Below are positions 31,184 to 40,923 of a stretch of DNA of 64,000 bases, piece by piece (the stretch's first letter is position 1; every line of letters starts with the position of its first letter). The stretch lies in assembly GCA_035528905.1 (NCBI GenBank), contig DATKXU010000109.1, positions 7,279-71,278 of the forward strand. Direction: 5' to 3'. The stretch comes from Armatimonadota bacterium (GTDB lineage Bacteria; Armatimonadota; UBA5829; DTJY01). The notes under the pieces were generated by a model. It was not told the origin of the DNA, did no database searches, and saw only the letters and a list, made by a program, of their open reading frames with translations. A program made the position numbers and the translations under genes.

Positions 31184-31246
31184 AATCCAACATCCAATAT
31201 CCAATATCACTCGTCACTCGTCACGATCCACGAGTACGGGTACGAG
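31184..31246. repeat. heptanucleotide tandem array, 9 units
   Basis: AATCCAA CATCCAA TATCCAA TATCACT CGTCACT CGTCACG ATCCACG AGTACGG GTACGAG. Confidence 0.8.
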
Positions 31247-31281
31247 TAGGAGTGGTTCCCCGGATCGCCCGACCGTTTCCA

Positions 31282-31923
31282 TCACAGCTTATGGTACTCG
31301 ACCTCGATGGCCTCCTGGTTGATCTCAAAGCTCCAGTAGTCGCCCTCGCAGGTATAGCCCACATTTACGATGATGCGCCCGTCCTTGAGGACGCGCTTCT
31401 GCGGAACGTGGAGGTGCCCGCAGAGGTGGAGGCGGGGCGAGATGACGTGGAAGGCGTCCAGGAAGCACCTCTGGCCGCCGCGCGTTCCGCTGGGAGTCGC
31501 ATCCGCAAGGCCGATGGGACACCCGTGGCTCAGGAGTACGTCCACGCCTCTCCCGGCGAGTCCGGAGGCGAAGGTCGCAACGTCCTCATCGGTCACGTAG
31601 TGCGGCTGACGGTGTGACTTCGCCCAGATCCCGCTTATCCCCGCGAATCGGAGGCCGTCTCGCTCCCTGATCTCACCGGCTGAGAGAAGAACCGGATCCC
31701 CATCGAGATTCCTGACTTGGGAGAGCAACCCCAAATCATCGTGGTTCCCATAGACGGTGAATACGGGCGCCGCCGCGAGAATAGCATCCAGGGCGCCGGG
31801 ATCCATCTCCGCCGGATCGCCCCAGTCGCCGCAGCAGAGAAGCAGATCGGGCCGGGCGTCTTCGACAGCCCTGAAGACATATTTCAACTCGCCGTGCATA
31901 TCACCGACAGCAATAACTCTCAT
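31282..31923 (-). CDS. metallophosphoesterase
   Basis: VIAVGDMHGE, CCGDWGD, YGNHDD, LLSHGCP and LCGHLH motifs. Start moved to the ATG at 31923 (MRVIAVGD). Confidence 0.88.
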   Translation of the reverse strand: MRVIAVGDMHGELKYVFRAVEDARPDLLLCCGDWGDPAEMDPGALDAILAAAPVFTVYGNHDDLGLLSQVRNLDGDPVLLSAGEIRERDGLRFAGISGIWAKSHRQPHYVTDEDVATFASGLAGRGVDVLLSHGCPIGLADATPSGTRGGQRCFLDAFHVISPRLHLCGHLHVPQKRVLKDGRIIVNVGYTCEGDYWSFEINQEAIEVEYHKL

Positions 31924-32050
31924 GAGCATACTCGCAAGCCAGGCCGGTATTGGGTACAAACATACCGGCGCTTCCGCACGATCCCCGGAGAGCCCGGAAC
32001 AGGAAACCCGGTCGGTTGGCCTGGCTGCCGAAAATAAGACATCTGTTTGA

Positions 32051-32079
32051 TTGACCCGAAAGCGCCACTTCAGTATAAT
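32051..32079 (+). promoter_or_regulatory. sigma70-type promoter, TTGACC-17-TATAAT
   Basis: TTGACC at 32051-32056 and TATAAT at 32074-32079. It covers the listed 32079 start, which favours the ATG at 32136. Confidence 0.6.
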
Positions 32080-32135
32080 TGAGCGGTTGGCCGCTGGGAG
32101 CGCGCTTTGTTCCAGGCCAACCGAGATACCGTCCC

Positions 32136-33140
32136 ATGAGCAATATAGGCCGCATCGCAAAACGGGAAAACGTAGAACGCAGAGCCGGAAAGACGGGCCG
32201 ACTATTCAGACGAGTCTTGAAGCTGCTGCTGCTCATGATTGTCATTGTCGCGGGCATCGGCGCCAGCCTCTTCTCATATTACTATTGTTCGTCCCGCACG
32301 TTCAAGGACACTGTTAGCGTCCTGCTTTCGGGAGCCGAGGTGCCGGAGAAGGCATTCCCCGGTCGGACTGAGGTAAACATCCTGCTGATGGGCCGTGACC
32401 TCGACAGAGACCGCTGCGGGCGAGTGGTTAATACCCACGGGCGGACCGATGCAATGATGCTCGCTCACATAGACTTTCGGAAACGGTCAGCCGATATCCT
32501 CTCGATTCCAAGGGACACACTGGTGCGCATTCCCGGCTACCGGGGCAAGCGCAGAATCAGCTATGCGAATGCGCTTGGCGGCCCTGAGTTGGCCCGGCGG
32601 ACTATTTCGGAGTTCCTGGGAGTATATCCCGACCACTACCTGCTGGTGAACTTCGACGGCTTTGAGAAAGCAATTGACGATCTCGGAGGCTTGGCTGTGA
32701 CCGTGGGCAAAAGGCTGGACTACGACGATAGTTGGGGGAATCTGCACATACATCTGAAGGCAGGAAAACGGGTACTGAACGGCGAACAATGCATGGGGTT
32801 TGTGCGATATCGGCAATCCAACAACGGCGAGGGCGAGAGCGACTTCGTAAGGATAGGTAGGCAGCAAGAGTTCCTTCGAGCAGCCAGGGCCAAGCTTTCA
32901 AGCCCTGGTGTCATGTTTAGGCTTCCCGAGGTTTTGGATACCATAAGAGAGGACATTGAAGGCAACCTCACACTGCCCCAGGTGATATGCCTGGCGCGTT
33001 TCATCAAGGCTCTTCCCCCCGGGTCGGAAATCAGGATGGAAACACTGCCGGCACTCGACGGGGGCGGCGTATTCGTGCGAGCCGACCTCCATGCGACCAG
33101 AGAGTTGCTCAGGCAAATGTTCTTTGACAACCAGCGCTAG
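32136..33140 (+). CDS. LCP-family (LytR/CpsA/Psr) cell-envelope polymer transferase
   Basis: N-terminal TM, then LLMGRDLDR...GRTDAMMLAHID...LSIPRDT...NFDGFEKAIDDLGG. Confidence 0.9.
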   Translation: MSNIGRIAKRENVERRAGKTGRLFRRVLKLLLLMIVIVAGIGASLFSYYYCSSRTFKDTVSVLLSGAEVPEKAFPGRTEVNILLMGRDLDRDRCGRVVNTHGRTDAMMLAHIDFRKRSADILSIPRDTLVRIPGYRGKRRISYANALGGPELARRTISEFLGVYPDHYLLVNFDGFEKAIDDLGGLAVTVGKRLDYDDSWGNLHIHLKAGKRVLNGEQCMGFVRYRQSNNGEGESDFVRIGRQQEFLRAARAKLSSPGVMFRLPEVLDTIREDIEGNLTLPQVICLARFIKALPPGSEIRMETLPALDGGGVFVRADLHATRELLRQMFFDNQR

Positions 33141-33247
33141 TACGAATCGGCTCTCAAACCGATAATCAGGGTGGTAGAGTAACGGCGTACCAGCCAAGAG
33201 GAGTGGTGAATTCGTCTGCCCTATTGTACATTATTTCGTCTTGCCTC

Positions 33248-33276
33248 TTGACTTGCCCTGCAAAACGTGTTAGCAT
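33248..33276 (+). promoter_or_regulatory. sigma70-type promoter, TTGACT-17-TAGCAT with TGn extension
   Basis: TTGACT at 33248-33253 and TAGCAT at 33271-33276, preceded by TGT. About 315 nt upstream of the 33591 ATG. Confidence 0.4.
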
Positions 33277-33590
33277 AAGTGGTAGGTAGGTAAATGGCAC
33301 AGCTATCTCCAGTTTCGGGAGGCTGGATAGCCAAGTACTCTCGAGTGAGCTGTGCGGGCTGGATTTCCCGATAGTTTCCCACTCGGATGCCGAACGGCGG
33401 GGCCGCGAGAGGCGGCCGCCAACATGCAAGACCTTATACAAAACCGCATATTACAAGTTTTGGCAGGGCGCGTTCGGAGCCCTGAAACCAATACAGCTTT
33501 GAAAAGGAGGCGGTCTGGACATGCGTTAAAAATGCGAGAAGGACCATGTATTGGTCGGATTTGCTTTGAATCTAGCCAGGAGGTGTAATT

Positions 33591-34355
33591 ATGTTCAGGG
33601 CAAAGCATGGTCGGAAGGGCTTCACGCTGATCGAGTTGCTCGTAGTAATAGCCATCATCGCGATACTCGCAGCGATTCTTTTTCCGGTTTTTGCACGAGC
33701 TCGAAGGGCGGCCCAGAAGACCTCTTGCTTAAGCAATCTGAAGCAGATTGGAAATGCGATCCACATGTACATCCAGGACTGGGACAGCAGGTTCCCAATG
33801 ACCCAAGGCATCCAGACAAACCTGGATGCCAATCAGACCCTATGGGATGGCCTGCGCGGCTGGTATAGGCCGGGGTTCGCAACAGGCGTCTATCGGCGAG
33901 GCCCCGGCGACTGGAAGAACTTGCCGGAGCTGTTGGACCCCTATGTCAAGAACGTGGACGTGTGGTTCTGCCCATCATCACGCGATAATCAGTGGTTCGT
34001 GGCAGGCTCAGTGACCGGCACAACTCTCAGCGTCACAAACTACATATACAATGCCTGGTGCGCCTACACTAGGCTCTCAACAGGGGCGCGGGAGTACTTG
34101 GAGATCGCCGGCAAGCAAGAAGAGGTCTGTGAGAAAGTGTCTGAGGCACCCATAGCGTGGTGCGCTATCTCTGGGTTCACGAAGACCGGCGCTGTAGAAG
34201 CGCAGATAGCTCATGACGATTCGATCAATGTACTGTACGCTGACGGTCACGCCAGGAACGAATCGGCAGATCCGACGGGCGGCGCGTACAAGGGCATCAC
34301 GGCTGATAAACACTTCTGGTATCAGCATGGCTACGAAGGCTGGATATTGCCTTAG
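33591..34355 (+). CDS. prepilin-type N-terminal cleavage/methylation protein, DUF1559 / H-X9-DG type
   Basis: [30 protein letters not shown] leader and C-terminal [13 protein letters not shown]. Confidence 0.88.
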   Translation: MFRAKHGRKGFTLIELLVVIAIIAILAAILFPVFARARRAAQKTSCLSNLKQIGNAIHMYIQDWDSRFPMTQGIQTNLDANQTLWDGLRGWYRPGFATGVYRRGPGDWKNLPELLDPYVKNVDVWFCPSSRDNQWFVAGSVTGTTLSVTNYIYNAWCAYTRLSTGAREYLEIAGKQEEVCEKVSEAPIAWCAISGFTKTGAVEAQIAHDDSINVLYADGHARNESADPTGGAYKGITADKHFWYQHGYEGWILP

Positions 34356-34412
34356 CCATAGGTGACTGGTGCACCCTGTGGAATTCTGCAGGGGTGTAGT
34401 AAGCGATGACGA

Positions 34413-34440
34413 GGCAGATCGGCCCAGGGGCCGATCTGCC
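34413..34440 (+). terminator. stem-loop terminator (12-bp perfect stem GGCAGATCGGCC / GGCCGATCTGCC)
   Basis: Stem arms at 34413-34424 and 34429-34440 with a 4-nt loop, 58 nt after the stop codon. Confidence 0.6.
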
Positions 34441-34745
34441 AAATCTATGCGTGAAACCGGCAGCGATATACATTCAGGCGTGTCCAGCAGCGGCCAGCAT
34501 CCCCAAGCAAGCATGTGCAAGCAGGCTTCGGCCTCAGGCGGTTCAAGCGCAGTTGATATCTGATGGAACACGACACACGAATGCTGCGTCTATCCAAGTG
34601 AGAAACCCGAGGTGGAGCCTGACACGAGAACGAGATTTGCTTGCTGCCAGCCACACTTGCTGTCTGGGATCTGCGTCGCTTGGTGTCGCATTTGGTTACG
34701 TGTGCCGTGCAGCCCACTCAGTGCAACCTGGAGGTGTAGTTAGTC

Positions 34746-35603
34746 ATGTTTAGACTCAATCGCGGTCGGAAAGGATTCACCCTGATCGAACTGCTAGTCG
34801 TCATAACGATCATCGTGATACTTGCGGCTATTCTCTTCCCAGTGTATCTCCGAGTTCGAAGGAGCGCCCAGAGAACCACCTGCCTGAGCAACCTCAGGCA
34901 GATAGGAAACGCAATCCATATGTATGCTCACGACTGGGACGAGTGCTATCCCTTGGTGTCCGGCTTTGGCCCGCAAATCGATAAAACGGCTACGACCCTC
35001 TGGGGTGCAGACGCCCCGTTCGGCGGCTGGATACCTACGAGAGGTGTCCAGCCGAATACCAGATACCTCCCGAACCTGCTGTATCGCTACGTCAGGAATC
35101 GCAAGCTGTGGTGGTGCCCGTCCATCGATCAGGATGGAACCTGGCAAGTTGGCGGCACCGGCGGCAACGTAATCTTCGCAAACAACCGCACGCTCACCGT
35201 CGTTGCTCCAAGTCCCCTAAGGCCCGACCTGACGTACGAAACCGACCCGCCAACGACCTATATGTTCAACGCATGGTTCTATCGGTTACCGGCCGTTACA
35301 GGCAAGGACCCCCAGATCTACATCGCCGGGCAATGCGAGGCGATGCTCCTGAAACCCGGCAACGCGCCGGTGCTTTGGGACATAAAGAGCGGGCGCGTGA
35401 ACCCAACGCAGCCAAACAAGATACAGCTCGCCCACAGCAGTTGCATCAACGTGGTCTATGCAGACGGACATGCAAAGAGTGTTTTCATAGACGACGATAG
35501 GTGGATGAATGCAACCTACGCCTCGACGACAAACGGACACGGGCATTTCTGGTACGTGGAAGGCTGGAAAGGTTGGAGGAGCGCGGCGCCGCCATTACCG
35601 TAG
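34746..35603 (+). CDS. prepilin-type N-terminal cleavage/methylation protein, DUF1559 / H-X9-DG type (paralogue)
   Basis: [31 protein letters not shown] leader and C-terminal [15 protein letters not shown]. The SD context CTGGAGGTGTAG parallels that of the 33591 gene. Confidence 0.88.
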   Translation: MFRLNRGRKGFTLIELLVVITIIVILAAILFPVYLRVRRSAQRTTCLSNLRQIGNAIHMYAHDWDECYPLVSGFGPQIDKTATTLWGADAPFGGWIPTRGVQPNTRYLPNLLYRYVRNRKLWWCPSIDQDGTWQVGGTGGNVIFANNRTLTVVAPSPLRPDLTYETDPPTTYMFNAWFYRLPAVTGKDPQIYIAGQCEAMLLKPGNAPVLWDIKSGRVNPTQPNKIQLAHSSCINVVYADGHAKSVFIDDDRWMNATYASTTNGHGHFWYVEGWKGWRSAAPPLP

Positions 35604-35637
35604 GCACGAAGAACACAGAGGTTGGCTGGACGAATCA

Positions 35638-35675
35638 GAAAAAGCGGACCGACCGCGAGAGTCGGTCCGCTTTTT
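35638..35675. terminator. bidirectional intrinsic terminator (AAAAA-GCGGACCGAC...GTCGGTCCGC-TTTTT)
   Basis: 10-bp perfect stem at 35644-35653 / 35661-35670, flanked by an A-run and a T-run. Confidence 0.8.
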
Positions 35676-35733
35676 CATACCTGCCTGACGAGCCGGTGAG
35701 CCGCGACTCCAAGCCGCTGCCGACATTCCTGCA

Positions 35734-35762
35734 TTGCGCCTTGGGCGCACGAGTAGTAAAAT
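35734..35762 (+). promoter_or_regulatory. sigma70-type promoter, TTGCGC-17-TAAAAT
   Basis: TTGCGC at 35734-35739 and TAAAAT at 35757-35762. The spacer holds the small palindrome GCGCC-TTG-GGCGC. Confidence 0.4.
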
Positions 35763-35819
35763 GATGGACGGCTGGTGAATCGGCCATCGGAACGACTGCA
35801 CTCGGAGAGGAGCAGCTAA

Positions 35820-38800
35820 ATGGACGCACGCATGCTCATTTTTCATGAGAAGGATTTCCCTTTTGTAGACACTGTGGAACTCAGTCCGCAAGAGCTGATC
35901 GAGGCCCTGCCGCCCGTGGAATCGGTGCGAACCGTCGGCCTCGACGAGCTGAAGAAGCAGTTAAGGCGGGATTCGGTTGACCTGCTCATAAATCCTTACG
36001 GCTCGGCTTTCCCGAAGGCGGCCTGGCCGGAGATTTACGAGTTCCTTGCCGCCGGCGGAAACCTGCTGAATCTCGGCGGCGCTCCCTTCAGCATCCCCGT
36101 AGTGCGCGAGGGAAGCGCCTGGCGCCAGGAAATCCGCCAGACGGCGTATCAGCGCGAGCTGATGATCAATCAGGCGTTCCCGGTGGAGACAGCGGGTGTC
36201 AAGTCCTACGACACGATCCCCACTGAGCCGCTTCTATCAGGATTGACGGATGATTTCTCCTGCGACCGGGTGTTCGAGCTGGAGGTGCGCTTCACGACCA
36301 AGAACGACATGCTCGGCGAGGTCGGTTCCTCGGGTTCGCGCGAGGCGGTCCTTCGCCCACTGCTCTACGGCTTGGATGCGCAGGGCCGCAGGGTCGCCGC
36401 GCCGGTGATCGCCGTAGACCGGGTATTCGGCCCGTTTGCAGGAGGCCGCTGGGTGCTGGCGAACTTCACGTCATCGAGCATTCCCCGAAAGGAGATTATC
36501 CAGCGATTGGCAACATTTGCCGCGCTTGGACCATCCGAATTCCAGGTGCGGCCATCGTTCGCCTGCTACCACACGGATGAGCGCGCCTCTTTCGTCGTCC
36601 ACGTCAACCGGTTCGAGAAAGCCGCAAAGGAGCCGCTGAAACCGATCCTCCTGCTGAAGATTCGAAAGGACAACATCACGATCACGAGCCAGAGCGTAGA
36701 GATCACCGACTTCCGATCGCCGTACTACCGCGTGATCCCGCTTGAAATTCCGCTCAGCCCCGGCGTGTACGGCGTGGAAGCCGTGCTTTCGACGGGCGAC
36801 CCGGCGCTTAGTGAGAAATTCGCCTCTTACTGTGTCACGGGCTTCTGGTACTACGATACGGCGCTGGTTTCCAAGACCCAGCGGCTCTCGGCGGGCAGGG
36901 ATTTCTTCATGCGCGACAGCAATGTAAGCCCGCTTGTCGGAACTACCTACATGGCCTCCGATGTGCATCGGAAGTTCCTTTTCGAGCCGAATCCGGCCGT
37001 GTGGGAGCAAGATTTCGCGGAGATGAAGTCCGCCGGCGTGAACGTCGTCCGCACTGGCATCTGGACGGCCTTCCGCCACGTCATGCTGAATCCCGGCGCG
37101 CCGAATGAAGGCGTCATGCGGGCGCTGACGGCCTTCCTCCTCTCGGCGGCCAAGCACGACATGACCGTGATATTCACATTTTTCGCCTTCACGCCGGAAG
37201 CCTGGGAAGGCGTGAACCCATTCCTCGATCCGAGGAGCCTCCAGGCGCAGAAGGATTACGTCGCCGCGTTCGCCTGGAGGTTCAGCAAGTTCAACAACCT
37301 GATGTGGGATCTGATCAACGAGCCCTCGTTCCCGGGCCGCGGCAAGTACTGGACTTCGCGCCCGAACTACGATCCCTTCGAGGAGCAGGCATGGCGCGAA
37401 TGGATCGAGGCGAGGCATCCATCGGGCGATTTGGAGGAAGCCTGGCGCGCGACTCCACGCACAGGCGCGGGCCTCCCTGATCTGCATGATTTTGAGGATC
37501 ACCAGACATATCAGGACCGGACACCGATGCGGGCGTTGGACTACAGGCTCTTCGTCGAAGATATCTTCAACCGCTGGGTCCGGGAGATGACTTCCGTAAT
37601 CCGGCAAAACGGCAATCCCAAGCAGCTCATCACCGTCGGGCCGGACGAATTCGGCGCGGGCGAGTGCCCAGGTCCGCAGTTCCACTGGAGAGAGGTGGCC
37701 TTCACCTGCACGCATACCTGGTGGCGCAACGACGACCTCCTCTGGTCAGGGCTGGTGACCAAGGTGTCCGGCAAGCCGAGCCTGATCGAGGAAACGGGCA
37801 TTATGCCGCTCGTGAATCCGGATAAGATGAACCGTCGGACCGAGGAAGACTGCCGAAACCTGCTGGAGCGGAAGTTCGTGATGGCGTTCGCTTCCGGCGG
37901 CGCAGGTGTGATCGAGTGGGTATGGAACACGAACGTGTACATGACCAGCGACTGCGAGACAGGGATAGGCTTCCACCGGGCCGATTTCACCCGTAAGCCG
38001 GAGCTTGAGATCATGCCGGCGATGGCGGCGTTCATCAGGGAAGCGCGGCCGCACCTTGAAGATCGCCAGCCCGAGGACGTGTGTATGGTCATTCCCCATT
38101 CCAACATGTTCTCCGTGCGCGACCACGCGACCGCCGCCACACGGGCGTGCGTGCGCGTCATGCATTACCACTGCGGCGTTCCGATGCGGGCCGTCGGCGA
38201 GTACTCACTCGAAAACCTGGGCAAACCCCGCCTGATCGTCCTGCCATCCCCCAGGGCGCTGAACCAGGATGCGTGGGAGACGCTGGTCAAGGCGATGGAG
38301 GAAGGCGCCGTGCTCCTCGTCACAGGCCCGATTGACTGGGATGAGTACTGGCGGCCCGTGGACAGACTGTCGAAGTTCGGTATGCAGTCGGAGACGCGGC
38401 CCGTCACGCGCGAGGAAGAGGCGATCATCTTCGGAACGGAGCACCGGCTGAGCTTCGGCGGGGAGAAAGTCCATCGCGTTGACAAGGCCGTGATCGGAGG
38501 CCAGAGCGGCTTCGTCAAGGTCGAGGCCTGCGGCGCGGGAAAGCTGGTCTACGCGCCCCTGCCCTTCGAGCTGGCGGACAATTCCGAGCCGACCGCGGCG
38601 CTCTACCAGTTTGCGCTCAAGCAGGCCGTGGTGGAGCCTCCGTTCAGCGTAGAGAAGATGGATCCCGGCGTCCTGATCCGGCCGCAGCTCTTCGAGGAAT
38701 CGGTGCTCTACTCCGTCGTGTCGGAGACGGATGTGGACAAGGAGTTCGACCTGACCGACAAGCTGACCGGCCGGACGCTCAGCGTGAAGGTCCCCGCCCA

Positions 38801-38879
38801 GCGCGCGGTCATGTTCCTCCTCAACCCGAAGGGCCAGGTGCTCGCCGAATACGGCGGCGCGGTGGCGAAAGAGGCTTAG
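35820..38879 (+). CDS. clan GH-A glycoside hydrolase (GH5/GH42-like) with flanking GATase-like domains
   Basis: DFAEMKSAGVNVVRTGIW, WDLINEPSF (acid/base NEP) and PSLIEETG (candidate nucleophile). The C-terminal RLIVLPSP..EEGAVLLVTGP resembles a GH42 trimerisation-type domain. No signal peptide seen. Confidence 0.6.
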   Translation: MDARMLIFHEKDFPFVDTVELSPQELIEALPPVESVRTVGLDELKKQLRRDSVDLLINPYGSAFPKAAWPEIYEFLAAGGNLLNLGGAPFSIPVVREGSAWRQEIRQTAYQRELMINQAFPVETAGVKSYDTIPTEPLLSGLTDDFSCDRVFELEVRFTTKNDMLGEVGSSGSREAVLRPLLYGLDAQGRRVAAPVIAVDRVFGPFAGGRWVLANFTSSSIPRKEIIQRLATFAALGPSEFQVRPSFACYHTDERASFVVHVNRFEKAAKEPLKPILLLKIRKDNITITSQSVEITDFRSPYYRVIPLEIPLSPGVYGVEAVLSTGDPALSEKFASYCVTGFWYYDTALVSKTQRLSAGRDFFMRDSNVSPLVGTTYMASDVHRKFLFEPNPAVWEQDFAEMKSAGVNVVRTGIWTAFRHVMLNPGAPNEGVMRALTAFLLSAAKHDMTVIFTFFAFTPEAWEGVNPFLDPRSLQAQKDYVAAFAWRFSKFNNLMWDLINEPSFPGRGKYWTSRPNYDPFEEQAWREWIEARHPSGDLEEAWRATPRTGAGLPDLHDFEDHQTYQDRTPMRALDYRLFVEDIFNRWVREMTSVIRQNGNPKQLITVGPDEFGAGECPGPQFHWREVAFTCTHTWWRNDDLLWSGLVTKVSGKPSLIEETGIMPLVNPDKMNRRTEEDCRNLLERKFVMAFASGGAGVIEWVWNTNVYMTSDCETGIGFHRADFTRKPELEIMPAMAAFIREARPHLEDRQPEDVCMVIPHSNMFSVRDHATAATRACVRVMHYHCGVPMRAVGEYSLENLGKPRLIVLPSPRALNQDAWETLVKAMEEGAVLLVTGPIDWDEYWRPVDRLSKFGMQSETRPVTREEEAIIFGTEHRLSFGGEKVHRVDKAVIGGQSGFVKVEACGAGKLVYAPLPFELADNSEPTAALYQFALKQAVVEPPFSVEKMDPGVLIRPQLFEESVLYSVVSETDVDKEFDLTDKLTGRTLSVKVPAQRAVMFLLNPKGQVLAEYGGAVAKEA

Positions 38880-38880
38880 T

Positions 38881-38915
38881 GTTTCAAGTTTCAAGTTCCA
38901 GGTTTCAGGTTCCAG
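38881..38915. repeat. heptanucleotide tandem array, 5 units (reverse complement of the AACYTGR type)
   Basis: GTTTCAA GTTTCAA GTTCCAG GTTTCAG GTTCCAG, starting 2 nt after the stop codon. Confidence 0.85.
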
Positions 38916-38979
38916 CTTGGAGATTGAACATGGGATTGTTCAAAGACGTTGATTTCGCTCTGGATCCCCTGGGTTGTAT

Positions 38980-39066
38980 GGGAGGGCGAAGCTCCCTGGC
39001 CTGAGCACGGTCGAAGGCCTACTGAGCCGGGTGAATGCGCGGATTCAATGGGGGACTCACCCTCCC
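38980..39066. repeat. 87-nt palindromic element with terminal inverted repeats GGGAGGGCGA / TCACCCTCCC, copy B
   Basis: TIRs at 38980-38989 and 39057-39066. The internal 18-mer CTGAGCCGGGTGAATGCG is the reverse complement of the one in copy A. Confidence 0.8.
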
Positions 39067-39122
39067 GCATGTCCCTTTTAGAGAAACCCATGTTCGATGT
39101 TGTACCTGTCGCGCGGGCGCAC

Positions 39123-40169
39123 CTACCTCGGCCAGCGCAGGTGAGCGGGCAGCATCTCCGGGAACCGCGCGTGCGGCTCGGTCTGATACCAGTACCCGAC
39201 GGACGCGATGTCGTCCTGCAGCGGCTGGAATTTCCCGAACGGCCACCAGCCCAGCGCCTGAATCGTGACTTTTAACGCCGACTCGAACCGGATCGGATCG
39301 AGGATATGCCATCGGTACAGGCCGTGCTTGGGAACTTCGCCTTCCACCTTCCGCCAGAGCGGGTAGCCCAGGAACGCCGTGGAGAATGTGTCGCCGAACC
39401 CCCATGCGCCGCCGAAGTAGTCCTCCGTACCGGTTCCGCAGATCGTCGGGTATTCCTTATCGCCGTCTATGAAGAACTTGATCTCGCCTTCGCCCCACCA
39501 GCCGTTTGCGAGCTGGGTCCACGCGAGGTAGGTGCCGACGTAGTGCCCCTTGCCCTTCACACCCTCCAGGATCGTGTGCTGTGGCTCGCCGATCGGGGTG
39601 ACCGACCGCCGCCACTGCGCGTGGAAGTACGCCGCGTCATTCGGGACCTCGTCGAGCTCGTAGGTGATCTGGTAGAAAAAGCCGCCTACGTCCTCGCGGC
39701 TCTGGCTCTCCACTTCGATTCGGGCGCCCTTGCGAAACGGCATCGGCCAGTACGAGTTGAACCCGCCGGTGGGGTTCACCGCAATAGGGATGGAATTCAC
39801 ATTCACCCGTAAGGCGTGGCCGTTAGCGAAGAAGTCTCCCAGCGGCGCCTCGACTGAAGGCGTCGCCTCTCCGTCCCAGAACAGCCGAAGTATGCAGTCG
39901 CGGTAGGCCTTCGGGTCCACCGTGATCCAGATGTGGCGGATCGTGCCGGGGCCTTTGATATCGGCAAGAACTGTGTTCGAGTTCTTCGGCAGCGTGATGC
40001 ACGGGCGGGCCTTCCATCCCTTGCCGAGCATTGACGCCGGGTTGTTCTCATCCGGGACCGCCTGAGCGCCGGCGCCGACCTTGCCCTCCGGGTTCTCCGC
40101 CGAGATGCTCCTTGTCTTGCCGCTCGATAGTCGCGCGATGTCGAACAGGCCATATGGAAGCACAGTCAT
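39123..40169 (-). CDS. DUF2961 / GH172-family protein
   Basis: ISAENPEGK, GPGTIRHIWITV, LRLFWDGE..PSVEAPLGDFF, CGTGTEDYFGGAW are characteristic DUF2961 motifs. Confidence 0.85.
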   Translation of the reverse strand: MTVLPYGLFDIARLSSGKTRSISAENPEGKVGAGAQAVPDENNPASMLGKGWKARPCITLPKNSNTVLADIKGPGTIRHIWITVDPKAYRDCILRLFWDGEATPSVEAPLGDFFANGHALRVNVNSIPIAVNPTGGFNSYWPMPFRKGARIEVESQSREDVGGFFYQITYELDEVPNDAAYFHAQWRRSVTPIGEPQHTILEGVKGKGHYVGTYLAWTQLANGWWGEGEIKFFIDGDKEYPTICGTGTEDYFGGAWGFGDTFSTAFLGYPLWRKVEGEVPKHGLYRWHILDPIRFESALKVTIQALGWWPFGKFQPLQDDIASVGYWYQTEPHARFPEMLPAHLRWPR

Positions 40170-40243
40170 GATTGCAGCTCGACCTCCTTGTTGGCATTAA
40201 ATCAGGAGAAGGTTACCACTTCCGGCGGGCAGACGTCAACCGC

Positions 40244-40312
40244 ACTGCAAATTGCAGATTCAGGGTGCCGGATGCCGGCTTGTCTATCGAGCATCCAGTA
40301 TCCAGAATCGCG
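40244..40312. repeat. composite repeat: heptamers, GC hairpin, heptamers
   Basis: ACTGCAA ATTGCAG ATTCAGG, then GCCGG-ATG-CCGGC, then CATCCAG TATCCAG AATCGCG. Confidence 0.7.
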
Positions 40313-40319
40313 CTGCGCA

Positions 40320-40805
40320 TCATGCCCAGCGAAGGACTTCGGAGAGCCGCTTCTTGGTGGGGCTCCGCTCCTCGGCCGGATAGCCGATGGATACGAGCGA
40401 GACAAGCTTGTAATTCGGCGGCATGCCGAGCATCTCGACGATCTGCTGAGCGTAGCCCTTCTTGTCGCCGGCGACCCAGCACGAGCCAAGGCCGTGCGCC
40501 CTGGCCGCGTTCAGGATGTTCTGAGTCGCCGCACAGCCATCCTCGAGGTAGTATTTCGTGTCCTCGCATAAGACGGCTATGCAGACCGGCGCCTGTGCGA
40601 TGAACTTGCCGTGATCCGTGGTGTCCGCAATCTTCTTTCGCATCATGGCGTCCTGCGCGACCACGAACCCCCATGGCTGGATGTTGATGGCCGTCGCTCC
40701 GAGCCTGCCGCAGTCAACGATGTCCTCAATGACCTCCTTAGGCACCGGCTTGTCCTGATACGCCCTGATGCTCCGCCGAGTCTTCATGCACTCAATAGCG
40801 TCCAT
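40320..40805 (-). CDS. nitroreductase-family protein
   Basis: MDAIECMKTRRSIRAYQDKPVPKEVIEDI and INIQPWGFVV motifs. The ATG at 40805 is preferred over 40829. Confidence 0.9.
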   Translation of the reverse strand: MDAIECMKTRRSIRAYQDKPVPKEVIEDIVDCGRLGATAINIQPWGFVVAQDAMMRKKIADTTDHGKFIAQAPVCIAVLCEDTKYYLEDGCAATQNILNAARAHGLGSCWVAGDKKGYAQQIVEMLGMPPNYKLVSLVSIGYPAEERSPTKKRLSEVLRWA

Positions 40806-40923
40806 GTTTGCATCCCTCCGTGACTGCATTTGATGCTGCCGGAATGGGGTTCTTTCCGGCAGCGGTATCCATGCGCGACAGCCCTGCTGCGGGAAAGCAA
40901 TTCATTCCCGCAGCATCAGACAT

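Noticed and set aside
30166-31617. 483-aa plus-strand ORF
   Set aside because: It is antisense to the ogg and metallophosphoesterase genes and crosses the repeat-filled gap between them.
33352-33588. 78-aa ORF and two antisense ORFs in the gap upstream of the pseudopilin-like gene
   Set aside because: They have no SD, overlap each other, and have atypical composition. The region was treated as a non-coding leader.
36471-37715. 414-aa minus-strand ORF
   Set aside because: It is antisense to the clan GH-A hydrolase gene, which has clear catalytic motifs. It is a shadow ORF.
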